The notes: generated by a model not told the origin, from the letters alone. Positions 51,540-62,691 are shown, counted from the first letter of the stretch. The stretch: 64,000 nt of DNA from an uncultured Lachnospiraceae bacterium (GCA_947174505.1 CAMWJF010000012.1:10607-74606); one strand, 5' to 3'. Numbers and translations: made by a program.

Positions 51540-53209
51540 TAAAACAGACCCACTATTTTCCCGTCGTCGTCCACATCAATCCGATAGGCTGCCGGAGTCT
51601 TAGGCAGTCCCGGCATAGTCATAACATCACCCGTCAGCACAACCACAAAACCCGCGCCTGCCGACACATAAACCTCCCGCACATGCATCTCAAAGCCGAC
51701 CGGGCGTCCCAGAAGTTTCGGGTCGTCCGAGAGCGAGTACTGCGTCTTTGCGATACACACAGGCAGTCTTCCGAATCCGGCGTTCTCCAGCTTCTCTATC
51801 TGCTTTTGGGCCGCCGCCGTGTAGGTTACGCCGCCCGCGCCGTAAATCTCGGACGCCACCGTATGGATTTTTTCCGTCAGGGACAGTTCGTTTCCATAGA
51901 GCGGCTCGAAAAAGCTCTTCTTATTTTCCAGCGTGTCAAGCACCTTTCCTGCAAGGGCTGTGCCGCCCTCCCCGCCCTTCTCCCAGACTTTGGCAAGGGC
52001 AAATTCACAGTCCCTGTCCTCGCAGAATTTCTGTACATAGTCGATCTCTTCCTGCGTATCCGAAACAAAAGCATTCAGCGCGACCACAATGGGCACCCCG
52101 TATTTATGGATATTTGATATATGCTTCTCCAGATTCACGATACCCGCCTGCAGCGCCTTCATATCCTTTCTGGACAACTCTTCCTTCGCCACGCCGCCGT
52201 TATATTTCAGCGCCCTCACGGTAGCCACCAGCACCACCGCGTCTGGCTTTAAATCCGCCATCCGGCATTTGATATCAAAAAATTTCTCAGCGCCCAGATC
52301 CGCGCCGAAGCCCGCCTCCGTAATCACATAATCCGCCATCTTAAGGGCGGTCTTTGTGGCCATCACGGAATTACAGCCGTGGGCGATATTGGCAAACGGC
52401 CCGCCGTGCACCAAGGCAGGCGTATGTTCCAGCGTCTGAATCAGGTTCGGTTTCATGGCGTCCTTTAGAAGCGCCGCCATCGCACCCACCGCCTGTAAAT
52501 CCTTCGCCGTCACGGGCTCGCCGGAATAATCATAAGCCACGATAATACGCGAAAGACGTTCCTTCAAGTCCTTAAAATCCGTCGCCAGACAGAGAATCGC
52601 CATGATCTCGGAAGCCACCGTAATGGTGAAATGGTCCTCCCGCACCATGCCGTTGGCCTTACCGCCCATACCGATCACAATATTGCGCAGCGCCCTGTCA
52701 TTCATGTCCAGACATCTCTTCCACACGATCTGCCTCGGATCGATCCGCAGCAGATTCCCCTGCTGGATATGGTTGTCCAGAAGCGCCGCCAGCAGATTAT
52801 TGGCGGATGTAATCGCATGAAAGTCTCCCGTAAAATGAAGATTCAGGTCTTCCATCGGCACCACCTGGGAATAGCCGCCGCCTGCCGCACCGCCCTTGAC
52901 GCCAAAGCACGGCCCCAAAGAGGGTTCCCGCAAAGCAATGACGGCTTTTTTTCCGAGTTTGGCGAACGCCTGCCCCAGCCCCACGGTGATCGTGGTCTTT
53001 CCCTCCCCCGCAGGAGTCGGGTTGATGGCCGTCACCAGAATCAGCCGGCCCTCGGGATTCTTTCTGATTTTCTCTATGTATCCTTCCGAAAGCTTCGCCT
53101 TATATCTGCCGTAAACCTCCAGATCCTCCTGTCCGATGCCGATCCCTTCCGCCACCTCCGTAATCGGGGTAAGCGCCGCCGCCTGGGCGATCTCGATATC
53201 TGTTTTCAT
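51539..53209 (-). CDS. fhs: Formate--tetrahydrofolate ligase
   Basis: [29 protein letters not shown] and [12 protein letters not shown]. Confidence 0.98.
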   Translation of the reverse strand: MKTDIEIAQAAALTPITEVAEGIGIGQEDLEVYGRYKAKLSEGYIEKIRKNPEGRLILVTAINPTPAGEGKTTITVGLGQAFAKLGKKAVIALREPSLGPCFGVKGGAAGGGYSQVVPMEDLNLHFTGDFHAITSANNLLAALLDNHIQQGNLLRIDPRQIVWKRCLDMNDRALRNIVIGMGGKANGMVREDHFTITVASEIMAILCLATDFKDLKERLSRIIVAYDYSGEPVTAKDLQAVGAMAALLKDAMKPNLIQTLEHTPALVHGGPFANIAHGCNSVMATKTALKMADYVITEAGFGADLGAEKFFDIKCRMADLKPDAVVLVATVRALKYNGGVAKEELSRKDMKALQAGIVNLEKHISNIHKYGVPIVVALNAFVSDTQEEIDYVQKFCEDRDCEFALAKVWEKGGEGGTALAGKVLDTLENKKSFFEPLYGNELSLTEKIHTVASEIYGAGGVTYTAAAQKQIEKLENAGFGRLPVCIAKTQYSLSDDPKLLGRPVGFEMHVREVYVSAGAGFVVVLTGDVMTMPGLPKTPAAYRIDVDDDGKIVGLF

Positions 53210-53230
53210 ATGCCTCTCCTTTCAGAAACC

Positions 53231-53329
53231 TGCACGGAGCATACCGCATTTCAGGTATTCTCCCAAGTGAGATTTCGTGTTTCTTAGCGAGGCAGCCTTT
53301 GCTGCTGCGCTTTCGTAACACTTCTCACT
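53231..53329. repeat. Family-1 palindromic repeat, copy E (ftsK-fhs)
   Basis: GGAGCATACC/GGTATTCTCC; AAGTGAGA/TCTCACTT; GCAGC/GCTGC. Contains the ftsK TGA. Confidence 0.85.
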
Positions 53330-55970
53330 TTAGGATCTGTTCAAATTCCTCCGCGCTCATCAGAATCTTTCGCGGTTTTGTCCCTTCTTCCTCGCCCACA
53401 ACCCCGGCTTCGCATAGCTGGTCCATAATGCGTGCCGCACGGTTAAAGCCAATCTTAAACATACGCTGCAGCATCCCGATAGACGCCTTATCCTTTTCAA
53501 TGATAAACCGGCCCGCCTCCGCAAAGTACTCGTCATAGGCCGACTCTGCGTCACCCGCTCCGCCGGACGTCCCCGGCGTGCCCGACTCTACCGCGATACT
53601 GTTAATCTGTTCTTCCACCGCCTCGTCAGCCGTGACCTCAGGCGCATAGTCCTTCAAAAACTCTACCACATTTGAAACTTCGTCATCCGAAACAAAAGGG
53701 CCCTGAATACGGGCAGGCTTCGGATACCCCTGCGGATAAAAAAGCATGTCTCCCTTGCCGAGAAGCTTCTCCGCCCCCACCATATCCAGAATCGTGCGGG
53801 AATCCACACCGCTGGACACCGCAAAGGCCACACGGCTTGGCATATTCGCCTTGATCAGACCCGTGATCACGTCCACGGAAGGACGCTGCGTGGCTATAAT
53901 CAGATGGATGCCGCAGGCTCTCGCAAGCTGCGCCAGACGGCAGATGGATTCCTCCACTTCTCCCGGCGACACCATCATCAGATCCGCCAGCTCGTCCACA
54001 ATAATCAAAATCTGCGGCATCTTTTCCGGCGCATTTGGGTCACCCGAAGTTTGCATACTCTCCACTTTTTTGTTATAGCCCTTCAAATCGCGGACATTGA
54101 AATCCGCAAACTTTTTATAGCGCTCCGTCATTTCCGCCACACCCCAGTGCAGGGCCGCCGCCGCCTTCTTCGGGTCTGTCACCACCGGAATCAGCAGATG
54201 GGGAATGCCGTTATAAACGCTCAGCTCCACGACCTTGGGATCAATCATAATCATCTTCACGTCATTCGGATGGGCCTTAAACAAAATACCCATGATGATC
54301 GTATTGATGCAGACAGACTTACCCGACCCGGTTGCACCCGCAATCAGCAGATGGGGCATCTTCGCAATATCCGCAAGCACAGTCTTGCCGCCGATATCCT
54401 TGCCCACCGCAAAGATCAGGTTTGCCTGGAATTTATCAAACTCCGGCGACTCCACCAGATCCCGGAAAGGCACCGCCGTATTTTCTTTATTCGGCACTTC
54501 AATGCCCACCGCCGCTTTTCCGGGAATGGGCGCTTCGATACGGATATCCGTGGCCGCCAGATTCAGCTTGATATCATCCGCAAGCCCCACAATCTTACTG
54601 ACCTTGACGCCCTGCTCCGGCTGCAGCTCATAGCGGGTGACGGACGGTCCCCTGCTGTACTGTGTGACACTCACCTTTACACCGAAATTACCAAGAATCT
54701 GTTCCAGGCGCTGCGCCGTCTCCTTAAGCTCCCTGTCGGAGTCCGCTCCCTTCTTTTTCTTCTGCGGCGCCAGAAGATCCGGCGTGGGAAAACGGTAGCG
54801 GTCCCGCCCGCCCTTTCCGGCAGAAGCTGCCGCCCGCTCCTCCTGCTGCGCCGGGCTGCTTACCGCCGACACACGCTCCCTTCCGGGCGTTTGGGCCATC
54901 TGATTGCCCGTCATCGGCTGGTAGGAATCCATGGGCTTCTTTGCCTGTGAAGATATCGAAACAGGCTCTGGCTCCTGTACCGGCTCTTCCTCCTCCATAT
55001 AGATCTCACTTAACGCATCGGATTCCTGCTCTATGTAATGATAGGAATGCTGTTCTCTTTCTCTTACCGGCGGCAGCTCTTCCGTATCCTCCTCGTCATA
55101 ATTTAACGTAATCTCATGGATATCGTCCCGCACCTTCTCGGCGGCCGCCCGCTCCGGCTCCCTGCCAAGAGCCGTATCCAGCATGACGCCGGACACCTTT
55201 TTGTCCATGCGGAGAAGCTTTTCATTTTCCAGCTCCTCCTCACGCTGTCTGCGTTCCCTGGCTTCGCGCTCCCGCCTTTCGGACTGTTCCTCCCGGCGTC
55301 TGGCCGCCCGCTCCCTGCGGTAAGCCGCGTCCTCTAAAGATCGTTCGTACACCTTCCGTCCCCCGGCCGCCACGCCCCCGATAAAGGACTTCTCCGTGAC
55401 GATCACCAGACAGATGATGCCCAAAACCAGAATCAGGAGCACCGTGCCCACCGTGCCCAGAAATTTGCAGGACAGATAGGTAAACGACCCGGCAATGATG
55501 CCGCCGCCCGTATGTCCCTCACTGCAGCGGGCGTAAATCTCAGCAATCTGATAACTTTCCGCCCCGGCCGGATTCGCACTGAAAAACTCGAAGCTCATAC
55601 CCAGCAGAATGAAAAACAGAATGCCCGCCGCCAGCTTTCTCGTCGCAATATGATTTCCCGCATTCAACATGCCGAATGCGACCATCAGAAAAATAATGAC
55701 TGGCGCCACATAGGCAAGAAGACCGAAAATGCCAAACATTACGCTGCTGACCGCACTGCCGAACTTACCCACCAGCCCGAAATTGCACAAAAATAAAATA
55801 AGGGCGAGAGCCGCCAGCACAATCAGCAGAATTTCATTTCTGACAGCAGGATCCATTGGCGCATCCTGCCTTGCGCTCCGGTTTTTTGCCCGGGAGCCTG
55901 CCGTATTTGCCCTGCCCGCACTTGTATTCTTTTTCTTCGTGGATGACCCTCTCGTACCCTGAGCCGCCAT
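53325..55970 (-). CDS. ftsK: DNA translocase FtsK/SpoIIIE
   Basis: Four N-terminal TM helices; [29 protein letters not shown] and a gamma domain. Start behind GGAGG. Confidence 0.96.
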   Translation of the reverse strand: MAAQGTRGSSTKKKNTSAGRANTAGSRAKNRSARQDAPMDPAVRNEILLIVLAALALILFLCNFGLVGKFGSAVSSVMFGIFGLLAYVAPVIIFLMVAFGMLNAGNHIATRKLAAGILFFILLGMSFEFFSANPAGAESYQIAEIYARCSEGHTGGGIIAGSFTYLSCKFLGTVGTVLLILVLGIICLVIVTEKSFIGGVAAGGRKVYERSLEDAAYRRERAARRREEQSERREREARERRQREEELENEKLLRMDKKVSGVMLDTALGREPERAAAEKVRDDIHEITLNYDEEDTEELPPVREREQHSYHYIEQESDALSEIYMEEEEPVQEPEPVSISSQAKKPMDSYQPMTGNQMAQTPGRERVSAVSSPAQQEERAAASAGKGGRDRYRFPTPDLLAPQKKKKGADSDRELKETAQRLEQILGNFGVKVSVTQYSRGPSVTRYELQPEQGVKVSKIVGLADDIKLNLAATDIRIEAPIPGKAAVGIEVPNKENTAVPFRDLVESPEFDKFQANLIFAVGKDIGGKTVLADIAKMPHLLIAGATGSGKSVCINTIIMGILFKAHPNDVKMIMIDPKVVELSVYNGIPHLLIPVVTDPKKAAAALHWGVAEMTERYKKFADFNVRDLKGYNKKVESMQTSGDPNAPEKMPQILIIVDELADLMMVSPGEVEESICRLAQLARACGIHLIIATQRPSVDVITGLIKANMPSRVAFAVSSGVDSRTILDMVGAEKLLGKGDMLFYPQGYPKPARIQGPFVSDDEVSNVVEFLKDYAPEVTADEAVEEQINSIAVESGTPGTSGGAGDAESAYDEYFAEAGRFIIEKDKASIGMLQRMFKIGFNRAARIMDQLCEAGVVGEEEGTKPRKILMSAEEFEQILK

Positions 55971-56076
55971 GACTGCCTCCCACATGTGTCTAAATTTGCA
56001 GCTGTTTTGCGCTTTCTGACACAGCTACCTAAAAATCCTATTCTAGTATAGCATTTTCATTTTGGCTTGTCATCCC

Positions 56077-56820
56077 TTATTTTGTATCCGCTCTTTTCTT
56101 TTCTACCATATCATGGAGCTTTGCGATGGCGTCGCTGATGCCGCCCACCTCGCAGATGATACCTTCCTCCACCGCCTCTCTTCCTACGAGCACCGTTCCC
56201 ACGTCCTTCGTCAGCATCCCGGTCTCCATCATCAGCTCCTCCAGACGAGGTTTCGGGACTTTGCAATGCTCACAGACAAACCCCGTGATACGGTTCTGGA
56301 TCTGTTTAAAATAGTCGAAGGTCTGCTGTACGCCGATCACCATACCGCTTAAGCGAACCGGGTGGATCACCATCGTTCCCGTCGGTACAATATAAGAATA
56401 GTCCGTGCTCACCGCAATCGGCACACCGATGGAATGGCTTCCGCCAAGCACCAGGGACACCGTCGGCTTGCTTAAGGATGCGATCATCTCCGCAATGGCA
56501 AGCCCGGCCTCCACATCCCCGCCCATGGTATTTAGTAAAATCAGCACACCGTCCACCTCGCCGCTGTCCTCAATGGCCGCAAGCTGGGGCAGAATATGCT
56601 CATATTTCGTGGTTTTCGCATTGCTGCTCAGATTGTCATGCCCCTCGATTTCCCCTATGATCGTGAGCAGATGGATTTTATGGTGCAGGGCGTTCTCGTC
56701 CAGTGTCACCTGCCCTACCTTCTCGATCCGTTCGTCCTTCTGTTTTTCGTTCTCCCGCTTTTTTTCCTTTTCTTCCCTGTTCTGGTCATCCTTATTTTTC
56801 GTATTCTTATTATTACCCAT
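56077..56820 (-). CDS. tepA: ClpP-like protease TepA
   Basis: IIGEIEGH, TKYEHILPQL, NTMGGDVEAGLAIAE and GSHSIGVP; upstream of spoIIIE/ftsK. Confidence 0.88.
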   Translation of the reverse strand: MGNNKNTKNKDDQNREEKEKKRENEKQKDERIEKVGQVTLDENALHHKIHLLTIIGEIEGHDNLSSNAKTTKYEHILPQLAAIEDSGEVDGVLILLNTMGGDVEAGLAIAEMIASLSKPTVSLVLGGSHSIGVPIAVSTDYSYIVPTGTMVIHPVRLSGMVIGVQQTFDYFKQIQNRITGFVCEHCKVPKPRLEELMMETGMLTKDVGTVLVGREAVEEGIICEVGGISDAIAKLHDMVEKKRADTK

Positions 56821-56880
56821 ATGCGCTCCCTTCTTTTTTATCTTTTACTCCATTCCGAAGCATTCTGTCCTTACTATACC

Positions 56881-56912
56881 AAAAAAGAGAGAACCCTTTT
56901 TCGGTTCTCTCC
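56881..56912 (-). terminator. Intrinsic terminator
   Basis: AGAGAACC/GGTTCTCT stem followed by a T tract. Confidence 0.75.
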
Positions 56913-56945
56913 TAGTATCGCTTTATTCCATGAAATATATACCTG

Positions 56946-58421
56946 CTATCTGTCGAAATCGTCCCCCTCCGCAATTTCCATCTGATAGTGCATATCCGCC
57001 TCCGCCACCTCGTAATCATAATCCATTTCCCGCTTTACATGCTTTTTCGGAAGCGGCAGGGGATTTTCAAGAAAACGCGGTTTTTCCGCCGCAGCCGCCA
57101 CCGGCGCCTCTTTCACGGGAATAGGCGCAGCCGCCGCATTTATTTTTTCAATCTTTTCCCGCAAAACCTCAATCTGTCCGCCAAACACCACATTCTTCAG
57201 ACCAAGCGCCGCCATCACGCTCCAAAAAAACAGCGCTGCACCGCCTAACCCCACGATGCTGAAATCCATCAGGAAAACCGGGGATAAAAGAATACAGGGC
57301 AGAAACCACAGGGAGAAATCCTGCTCACGTCCTCCCCGTATAAACTCGAATCCCAGAAAGGAAGCAAGCAGAAAGAGAAGCGCAAAAAAGGGATACTCCA
57401 TCCCGATCACGCTGAATACCCTCGCCCCCATCCCAAAATTCAGGTAAGGCCCGATCCAGGACATAAGCCCCTGATAAAAACTGACGCCGCTCAAAGAAGC
57501 ATCCATGCTTATGGCGCAAAGAAATCCCGCCGCGCTGCCTGCCAGTACCAGAAACAGGCTTCCGGCCAGACGTTTCCGCCCGCCGCCCGCGCACAGCTTC
57601 CCGGTAAAGAGACCCGCCAGAAACAAAAACAGCACCGCCATGCTCCAATCCAGATAGCACAGAAGCCCTAAAACAATCCCAAGAAGCGCCGCCTGCGCAA
57701 AACTGCCCAGGCCGCCCTGTCCGGAAAGTGATGCCTTCACAAATGCAAGCACCAGACAAAGTCCCGCAAGCAAAACTGCGAGCAGCATACACTCCGGGTC
57801 AATCACATAAATTTTACAGATAAACGCATCGGAAAATGCCAGCAGCAAAAGCACCGTACAGGCAGCGAACCGGCCGGCCGCTTTCCTCACGGCAAGATAG
57901 GCCAATAGCAGGACAAGCATCTGCAAAAAGATCTGGAACAGCATAGCCGCCATCATACTGTTCCCCAGAAAAGAAAAGACCACCCGGAGCGCACGCACGA
58001 ACAGATCGCTCAACCCATGCGCCAGCGCCGGACTCTCCATCCCTGCCCTCACCATTGCCAGCTCGTAGTATTCTCCCGGTTCAAAAACCGGTGCTTCCTC
58101 ATAGACTGATGCCATGAGAAGCCCCTCTTTCAGCCTTAAAATAAGGCCGAAAACAAAGGATACGGAAACCGCAAGGGACTCTGTCATCGCTGCCGTGTGG
58201 GCGGAAACGTGAACTTTTTTCCGTACCGCCTGCGAGGACAGCCGAATCCCCGGATAGAGAAATAAAAGAATCGGAAACGGCAGAAATGTACCGAGCTTTG
58301 CAAGGGACGCTCCCACATAAAAAGCATAAATGTGATTTCCAACGTAGGCCAAAAGTATTACGCAGATTCCCGCATAAACCGCCCAGAGCACATAATCAAA
58401 CCAGGTTTTCCGATATATCAT
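56946..58421 (-). CDS. Polytopic membrane protein (GT-C/PMT-like architecture)
   Basis: About 11-12 TM helices and an acidic soluble tail. No decisive catalytic motif recognised. Confidence 0.6.
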   Translation of the reverse strand: MIYRKTWFDYVLWAVYAGICVILLAYVGNHIYAFYVGASLAKLGTFLPFPILLFLYPGIRLSSQAVRKKVHVSAHTAAMTESLAVSVSFVFGLILRLKEGLLMASVYEEAPVFEPGEYYELAMVRAGMESPALAHGLSDLFVRALRVVFSFLGNSMMAAMLFQIFLQMLVLLLAYLAVRKAAGRFAACTVLLLLAFSDAFICKIYVIDPECMLLAVLLAGLCLVLAFVKASLSGQGGLGSFAQAALLGIVLGLLCYLDWSMAVLFLFLAGLFTGKLCAGGGRKRLAGSLFLVLAGSAAGFLCAISMDASLSGVSFYQGLMSWIGPYLNFGMGARVFSVIGMEYPFFALLFLLASFLGFEFIRGGREQDFSLWFLPCILLSPVFLMDFSIVGLGGAALFFWSVMAALGLKNVVFGGQIEVLREKIEKINAAAAPIPVKEAPVAAAAEKPRFLENPLPLPKKHVKREMDYDYEVAEADMHYQMEIAEGDDFDR

Positions 58422-58443
58422 ACTTTTATCCTTTTCTTCTAAA

Positions 58444-58490
58444 GCGGAGAATGCCGAATTTCAGTCATTCACCTACGCGAAACTTCGTAC
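58444..58490. repeat. Family-1 repeat, truncated copy F (after metY)
   Basis: GCGGAGAATG...CATTCACC hairpin plus CCTACGCGAAACTTCGTAC, similar to copy B CCTAAGTGAGATTTCGTAC. 3 nt from the stop. Confidence 0.6.
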
Positions 58491-58493
58491 CTA

Positions 58494-59777
58494 TCACACT
58501 GATGCAAGCGCCTGTGCAAGATCCGCAATGATATCGTCGATATGCTCGATCCCCACGGAGAGTCTGATCAGCTCGGGCGCTACCCCCGCCTCTTGCAGCT
58601 GTTCGTCATTCATCTGTCTGTGCGTATGGCTTGCCGGGTGCAGAACGCTTGTCCTCGCGTCCGCCACATGGGTTACAATAGCCGCCAGCTTCAGACGATC
58701 CATCATTTTCGCGGCTGCATCCCTCCCGCCCTTTAAACCGAAGGATATCACGCCGCAGGTACCGTCCGGCATATATTTTTTCGCCAGCTCATAGTATTTG
58801 TTTCCGGAAAGCCCCGGATAATTCACCCAGGCCACCTTCTCATGACCCTGCAGATACTCCGCGCACTTCTGCGCGTTATAACAGTGTCGCTCCATCCGCA
58901 GAGGCAGTGTTTCCAGCCCCACATTCAAAAGAAACGCATTCTGGGGCGACTGGATCGAACCCAGATCACGCATCAGCTGGCTTGTCGCTTTTGTGATATA
59001 AGCCGCCTTCCCAAATTTTTCCGTGTAGACAATCCCGTGATAAGATTCGTCCGGCGTGCACAGTCCGGGGAATTTCTCCGGGTGGGCCGCCCAGTTAAAA
59101 TTGCCGGAATCCACAATACAGCCGCCCACAGACATGGCATGTCCATCCATATATTTCGAGGTGGAATGCGTCACAATATCCGCGCCCCATTTGAACGGAT
59201 TACAGTTGACCGGCGTGGCAAAGGTGTTGTCCACGATCAGCGGCACCTGATGGGCATGGGCGAGCGACGCGAATTTTTCTATGTCGAGCACCACCAGCGC
59301 CGGATTCGCGATGGTCTCCGCAAACACGCATTTGGTATTCTCCCGAAAGGCTTTTTCCAATTCCTCCGCCGGCGCGTCCGGATCTACAACCGTGCACTCG
59401 ATTCCCATTTTCTTCATGGTACAGGTGATGAGATTGAAGCTGCCGCCATAAACCGTAGAACTCATCACCACATGGTCGCCCGCCTCACAGATATTGAAAA
59501 CGGCATAATAATTGGCCGCCTGCCCGGAGGAAGTCAGCATAGCCGCCACGCCCCCCTCCAGCTCGCAGATCTTCTGCGCTACAAAGTCGTTGGTCGGGTT
59601 CTGCAGCCGGGTATAAAAATACCCGCTCTCCTCCAGATCAAAGAGCCGCCCCATCTGCTCGGAGCTGTCATATTTAAAGGTCGTGCTCTGATAGATCGGA
59701 AGCACCCGGGCTTCCCCGTTCTTCGGCTTCCAGCCGGATTGTATACAAATTGTCTCTTTCTTATATGATTTACTCAT
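58494..59777 (-). CDS. metY: O-acetylhomoserine aminocarboxypropyltransferase / sulfhydrylase
   Basis: PIYQSTT, YTRLQNPT, DNTFATP and HSTSKY (PLP Lys). Start at MSKS; the ORF track extension to 59828 lies within repeat G. Confidence 0.9.
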   Translation of the reverse strand: MSKSYKKETICIQSGWKPKNGEARVLPIYQSTTFKYDSSEQMGRLFDLEESGYFYTRLQNPTNDFVAQKICELEGGVAAMLTSSGQAANYYAVFNICEAGDHVVMSSTVYGGSFNLITCTMKKMGIECTVVDPDAPAEELEKAFRENTKCVFAETIANPALVVLDIEKFASLAHAHQVPLIVDNTFATPVNCNPFKWGADIVTHSTSKYMDGHAMSVGGCIVDSGNFNWAAHPEKFPGLCTPDESYHGIVYTEKFGKAAYITKATSQLMRDLGSIQSPQNAFLLNVGLETLPLRMERHCYNAQKCAEYLQGHEKVAWVNYPGLSGNKYYELAKKYMPDGTCGVISFGLKGGRDAAAKMMDRLKLAAIVTHVADARTSVLHPASHTHRQMNDEQLQEAGVAPELIRLSVGIEHIDDIIADLAQALASV

Positions 59778-59794
59778 CTTGTCCTCCACTGCAT

Positions 59795-59892
59795 GCGGAG
59801 AATACCTGTTTTTTAGGTATTCTCCCACGTGAGACTTAGAACTTCTCCGCGAAACAGCCTATGCTGTGAGCGGTTAGAAGTTCTTCTCACGT
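59795..59892. repeat. Family-1 palindromic repeat, copy G (yebC-metY)
   Basis: GGAGAATACCT/AGGTATTCTCC; ACGTGAGA/TCTCACGT; AGAACTTCT/AGAAGTTCT; ACAGC/GCTGT. 2 nt from the yebC stop. Confidence 0.9.
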
Positions 59893-59894
59893 TG

Positions 59895-60623
59895 TTACTC
59901 ATCCCAGTTGTGGTACACCGCCTGCACATCGTCGTCCTCGTCCAGAAGATCCAATGTCTTCTGCAGATTCTTGACCGCGCCTTCATCGGTCAGCTCCACC
60001 CACGTCTGGGGAATCATCGTCACCTCGGAGGAAATCGGCGTCACGCCAGCCTCCTTCAATGCCGCGTCCACCTCGCTCCACTGGTCGGGATCGGTATAGA
60101 TTTCGTAGCTGTCCTCCTCCTCGGAGAAATCCTCCGCGCCTGCGTCCAGCGCCGTCATCATCAGATCGTCCGCATCCATGTCGCACTCTTCCTTGTCGAT
60201 GATGATAAGTCCCTTTTTATCAAACATAAAGGAGACACAGCCCTGTGTGCCGATACTGCCGTTGCCCTTCGTAAAGGCGCTCCTCACATTGGCAGCCGTC
60301 CGATTGATATTGTCCGTCAGGGCGTCCACAATGATAGCCACGCCGCTTGGGCCGTACCCCTCGTAGGTGACAAATTTATAATCCACGTTTCCGCCTTCAC
60401 CGGCGGCCTTCTTGATGCCTCTGTCAATGGTATCGTTCGGCATGTTATTGGCCTTCGCCTTGGCAATCACCTGCGCCAGCTTAAAGTTATTCGCCGGATC
60501 CGGACCGCCCTCCTTCACCGCAACCGCGATTTCCCTGCCGATGATGGTAAAAATTTTCCCTTTCGCCGCGTCATTCTTTTCCTTCTTGTGTTTGATATTC
60601 GCAAATTTTGAATGTCCTGACAT
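59895..60623 (-). CDS. yebC: YebC/PmpR-family protein
   Basis: MSGHSKFANIKHKK, YEGYGPSG and DDDVQAVYHN. Confidence 0.96.
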   Translation of the reverse strand: MSGHSKFANIKHKKEKNDAAKGKIFTIIGREIAVAVKEGGPDPANNFKLAQVIAKAKANNMPNDTIDRGIKKAAGEGGNVDYKFVTYEGYGPSGVAIIVDALTDNINRTAANVRSAFTKGNGSIGTQGCVSFMFDKKGLIIIDKEECDMDADDLMMTALDAGAEDFSEEEDSYEIYTDPDQWSEVDAALKEAGVTPISSEVTMIPQTWVELTDEGAVKNLQKTLDLLDEDDDVQAVYHNWDE

Positions 60624-60730
60624 CCCTCTCCATCCTTTCCAAACGTCCTGTATTTTATTGTTTTTTCTTAACTGCTTCCATCCGCCGCACGACAGATGCC
60701 GTTTTCTCTTGATCCGCTTTTCCTGCCGGA

Positions 60731-62122
60731 TTACGCTTCTGCTTCCTCCGTGTTCTTTCTTGCGGACACACTCTGGATCATGTGATCCTTTACCTCCATA
60801 ATGCGGAATGTATAGCCTCCGTACACAAACTCGAAGTCCTCTCCCACCTCGGGAATATGCTCCAGCCGCGAGATCACAAAACCGTTCACCGTATCAAAAG
60901 GCTCATCCTCAAAGGAAATCTGCAGCTTTTCCTCCAGCTCCTCAAGCGGCATCATGCCCTGAATCACATAATGATCCGTGCCGTTCTCCCTGATATAGGT
61001 TGCGTCCTCGTCATATTCGTCCTGGATATTGCCGACGATCTCCTCCAGAATATCCTCCAGAGCCACCAGACCCGCCGTCTGCCCGTACTCGTCAATGACA
61101 ATGACCATCTGTATTTTTTCTTTCTGCATTACCTGAAAGAGATCGTTGATCTTGCGTTTCTCCGTAATGAAGCGCGGTTCACGCAAAAGCCCTTTGATCT
61201 TTCCGATGGGACGGTTACGCATTTTTTCATTCATCTGCATCCGCATCACGTCCTTCAGATGCAGAATGCCGATGATATGGTCTATGGTCTCGTCGTAGAC
61301 AGGGAAACGGCTGTTGTGCGCCTCCACGATAAAAGCCGCCGCCTCCTGCAGCGTCATGGTGCAGTCTATGGCGATCAGATTGTTGCGGTTGATCATAATA
61401 TCCTTTGCTTCCTTATCCCCGTACTCAAAGATATTCGTAATCATCTCCGCCTCGCTGGCATGAAGAATCCCCTGCTCATGCCCGACGCTCACCATGGACA
61501 GAATTTCTTCCTCCGTCACATCCTCCCTGTCATCCGCATCCCGCACGCCAAACAGGTGTAAAACCGTCCTTGACGTGACAAAGATCAGGCTGCTGAAGGG
61601 GGATACAATCCGCACATAGTAATAAAACGGGCTGACCAGCGCATGAAGCCATTTATCCGGATGCTTTGCCGCCGCCTTTTTCGGCACCATAACGCCGACC
61701 GTCATAATTATGTACAGCAGAAAAACCGTTACAAGGAACGGTACCGCCAACGCCAGCACATGCATCTGCCACCCGGCAGGCACGCCGAAACGGGCGCGCA
61801 CCTGATCCGATACCAGAAACGAGAAATAACTGCTCAGCCGGTACAGGATAAACGCGCCCAGCAGTAAATTGATGGTCACCACGCCAAGCTGCGTCGCCGT
61901 GGCGTAAGCCGCATGCTGCTCCATCATGTAAGCCAGTCTGTCCTGTTTCCTTTTCTGTTTCGCCGTCTGCTCTTCGGTTTCTTCCCCGCCTGCGCCGCCG
62001 TCCTCTCTCTCCATTCCCCTGCGGTTCTGCATTGCCGCGCTGAAGCCGTAAAAAACCATCTCCAGAATAAGCATGAGCACAAACCACAGGATGCTGTTAC
62101 TGCCCGAGCCTCCGTCTTCCAT
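60731..62122 (-). CDS. Hemolysin-family CNNM/CBS/CorC transporter
   Basis: CNNM TM region, CBS pair (HNSRFPV, IDEYGQTAG) and a CorC C-terminal domain. Confidence 0.92.
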   Translation of the reverse strand: MEDGGSGSNSILWFVLMLILEMVFYGFSAAMQNRRGMEREDGGAGGEETEEQTAKQKRKQDRLAYMMEQHAAYATATQLGVVTINLLLGAFILYRLSSYFSFLVSDQVRARFGVPAGWQMHVLALAVPFLVTVFLLYIIMTVGVMVPKKAAAKHPDKWLHALVSPFYYYVRIVSPFSSLIFVTSRTVLHLFGVRDADDREDVTEEEILSMVSVGHEQGILHASEAEMITNIFEYGDKEAKDIMINRNNLIAIDCTMTLQEAAAFIVEAHNSRFPVYDETIDHIIGILHLKDVMRMQMNEKMRNRPIGKIKGLLREPRFITEKRKINDLFQVMQKEKIQMVIVIDEYGQTAGLVALEDILEEIVGNIQDEYDEDATYIRENGTDHYVIQGMMPLEELEEKLQISFEDEPFDTVNGFVISRLEHIPEVGEDFEFVYGGYTFRIMEVKDHMIQSVSARKNTEEAEA

Positions 62123-62190
62123 AGTATTTATTTTTCTCCTTGTTTTAATGTATAAAACAGATGATATCTGTCATGACCTTTCGACCCTGA

Positions 62191-62219
62191 TATCATATCA
62201 ATTATTATCCTGTGTGTCA
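62191..62219 (-). promoter_or_regulatory. Putative sigma-A promoter of the CNNM gene
   Basis: TTGACA-N17-TATGAT. Confidence 0.65.
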
Positions 62220-62235
62220 AATCGCCCGCCTTATC

Positions 62236-62577
62236 CTATGTACCCAGCTCCAGACTGATCATCAGACCCTCGTTTACCGCCCGCATGATATCTGAATCCA
62301 GATGGCAGACTCTGTCCTTGAGACGCTGCTTGTCAATGGTGCGGAGCTGCTCTAAAAGAATCACGGAATCCTTCACCATATCATACTTCCCTGCACTTAA
62401 TTCTATGTGGGTAGGGAGCTTCGCCTTGTTCATCTTCGATGTGATCGCCGCACAGATTACCGTCGGGCTGTGTCTGTTCCCCACATCATTTTGTATAATA
62501 AGCACCGGACGGACGCCGCCCTGCTCAGATCCCACTACCGGGCGCAGGTCCGCATAATAAATATCGCCTCTTCTCAT
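62236..62577 (-). CDS. mazF: MazF/PemK-family endoribonuclease (NdoA-like)
   Basis: [22 protein letters not shown]...SPTVI..AIT...LEQLRTIDK. Start at MRRGD (ORF track starts at 62634). Confidence 0.95.
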   Translation of the reverse strand: MRRGDIYYADLRPVVGSEQGGVRPVLIIQNDVGNRHSPTVICAAITSKMNKAKLPTHIELSAGKYDMVKDSVILLEQLRTIDKQRLKDRVCHLDSDIMRAVNEGLMISLELGT

Positions 62578-62630
62578 TACCTTACACTTCCTTTGACCTT
62601 TCGCTATTGCTTGCTGTTTTCCTGTTACCA

Positions 62631-62663
62631 GCAATAGTATTGCCGTCTTTTTCGGTCGTATAC
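62631..62663 (-). promoter_or_regulatory. Putative sigma-F/G promoter of mazF with an overlapping inverted repeat
   Basis: GTATA-N17-AATACTA; GCAATA-N-TATTGC inverted repeat at 62631-62643. Confidence 0.45.
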
Positions 62664-62691
62664 AGAATAATGATACGTTTTCCGCCCGCTT

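Noticed and set aside
51387-53324. THF or ZTP riboswitch upstream of fhs or folD
   Set aside because: The structured leaders are family-1 repeat copies that also occur at unrelated genes; no riboswitch consensus was recognised.
56913-56942. GTATA-N18-GATACTA sigma-G-like site upstream of tepA
   Set aside because: It lies upstream of an intrinsic terminator (56881-56912), so it is unlikely to drive tepA; probably chance.
22645-59892. Family-1 repeats as a CRISPR array or IS ends
   Set aside because: Copies are dispersed kilobases apart with no repeat-spacer periodicity. There are no cas or transposase genes, and core genes lie between them.
59778-59894. SAM riboswitch or T-box upstream of metY (also ilvB, leuC, proB)
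   Set aside because: No S-box core or T-box AAxxxGGxGGxAxCxCG motif was found. The spacers are short or occupied by repeats.
62123-62190. Small hairpins in the CNNM/CorC 5' UTR as a magnesium riboswitch
   Set aside because: The UTR is about 65 nt, far too short for an M-box. The stems are weak and AT-rich.
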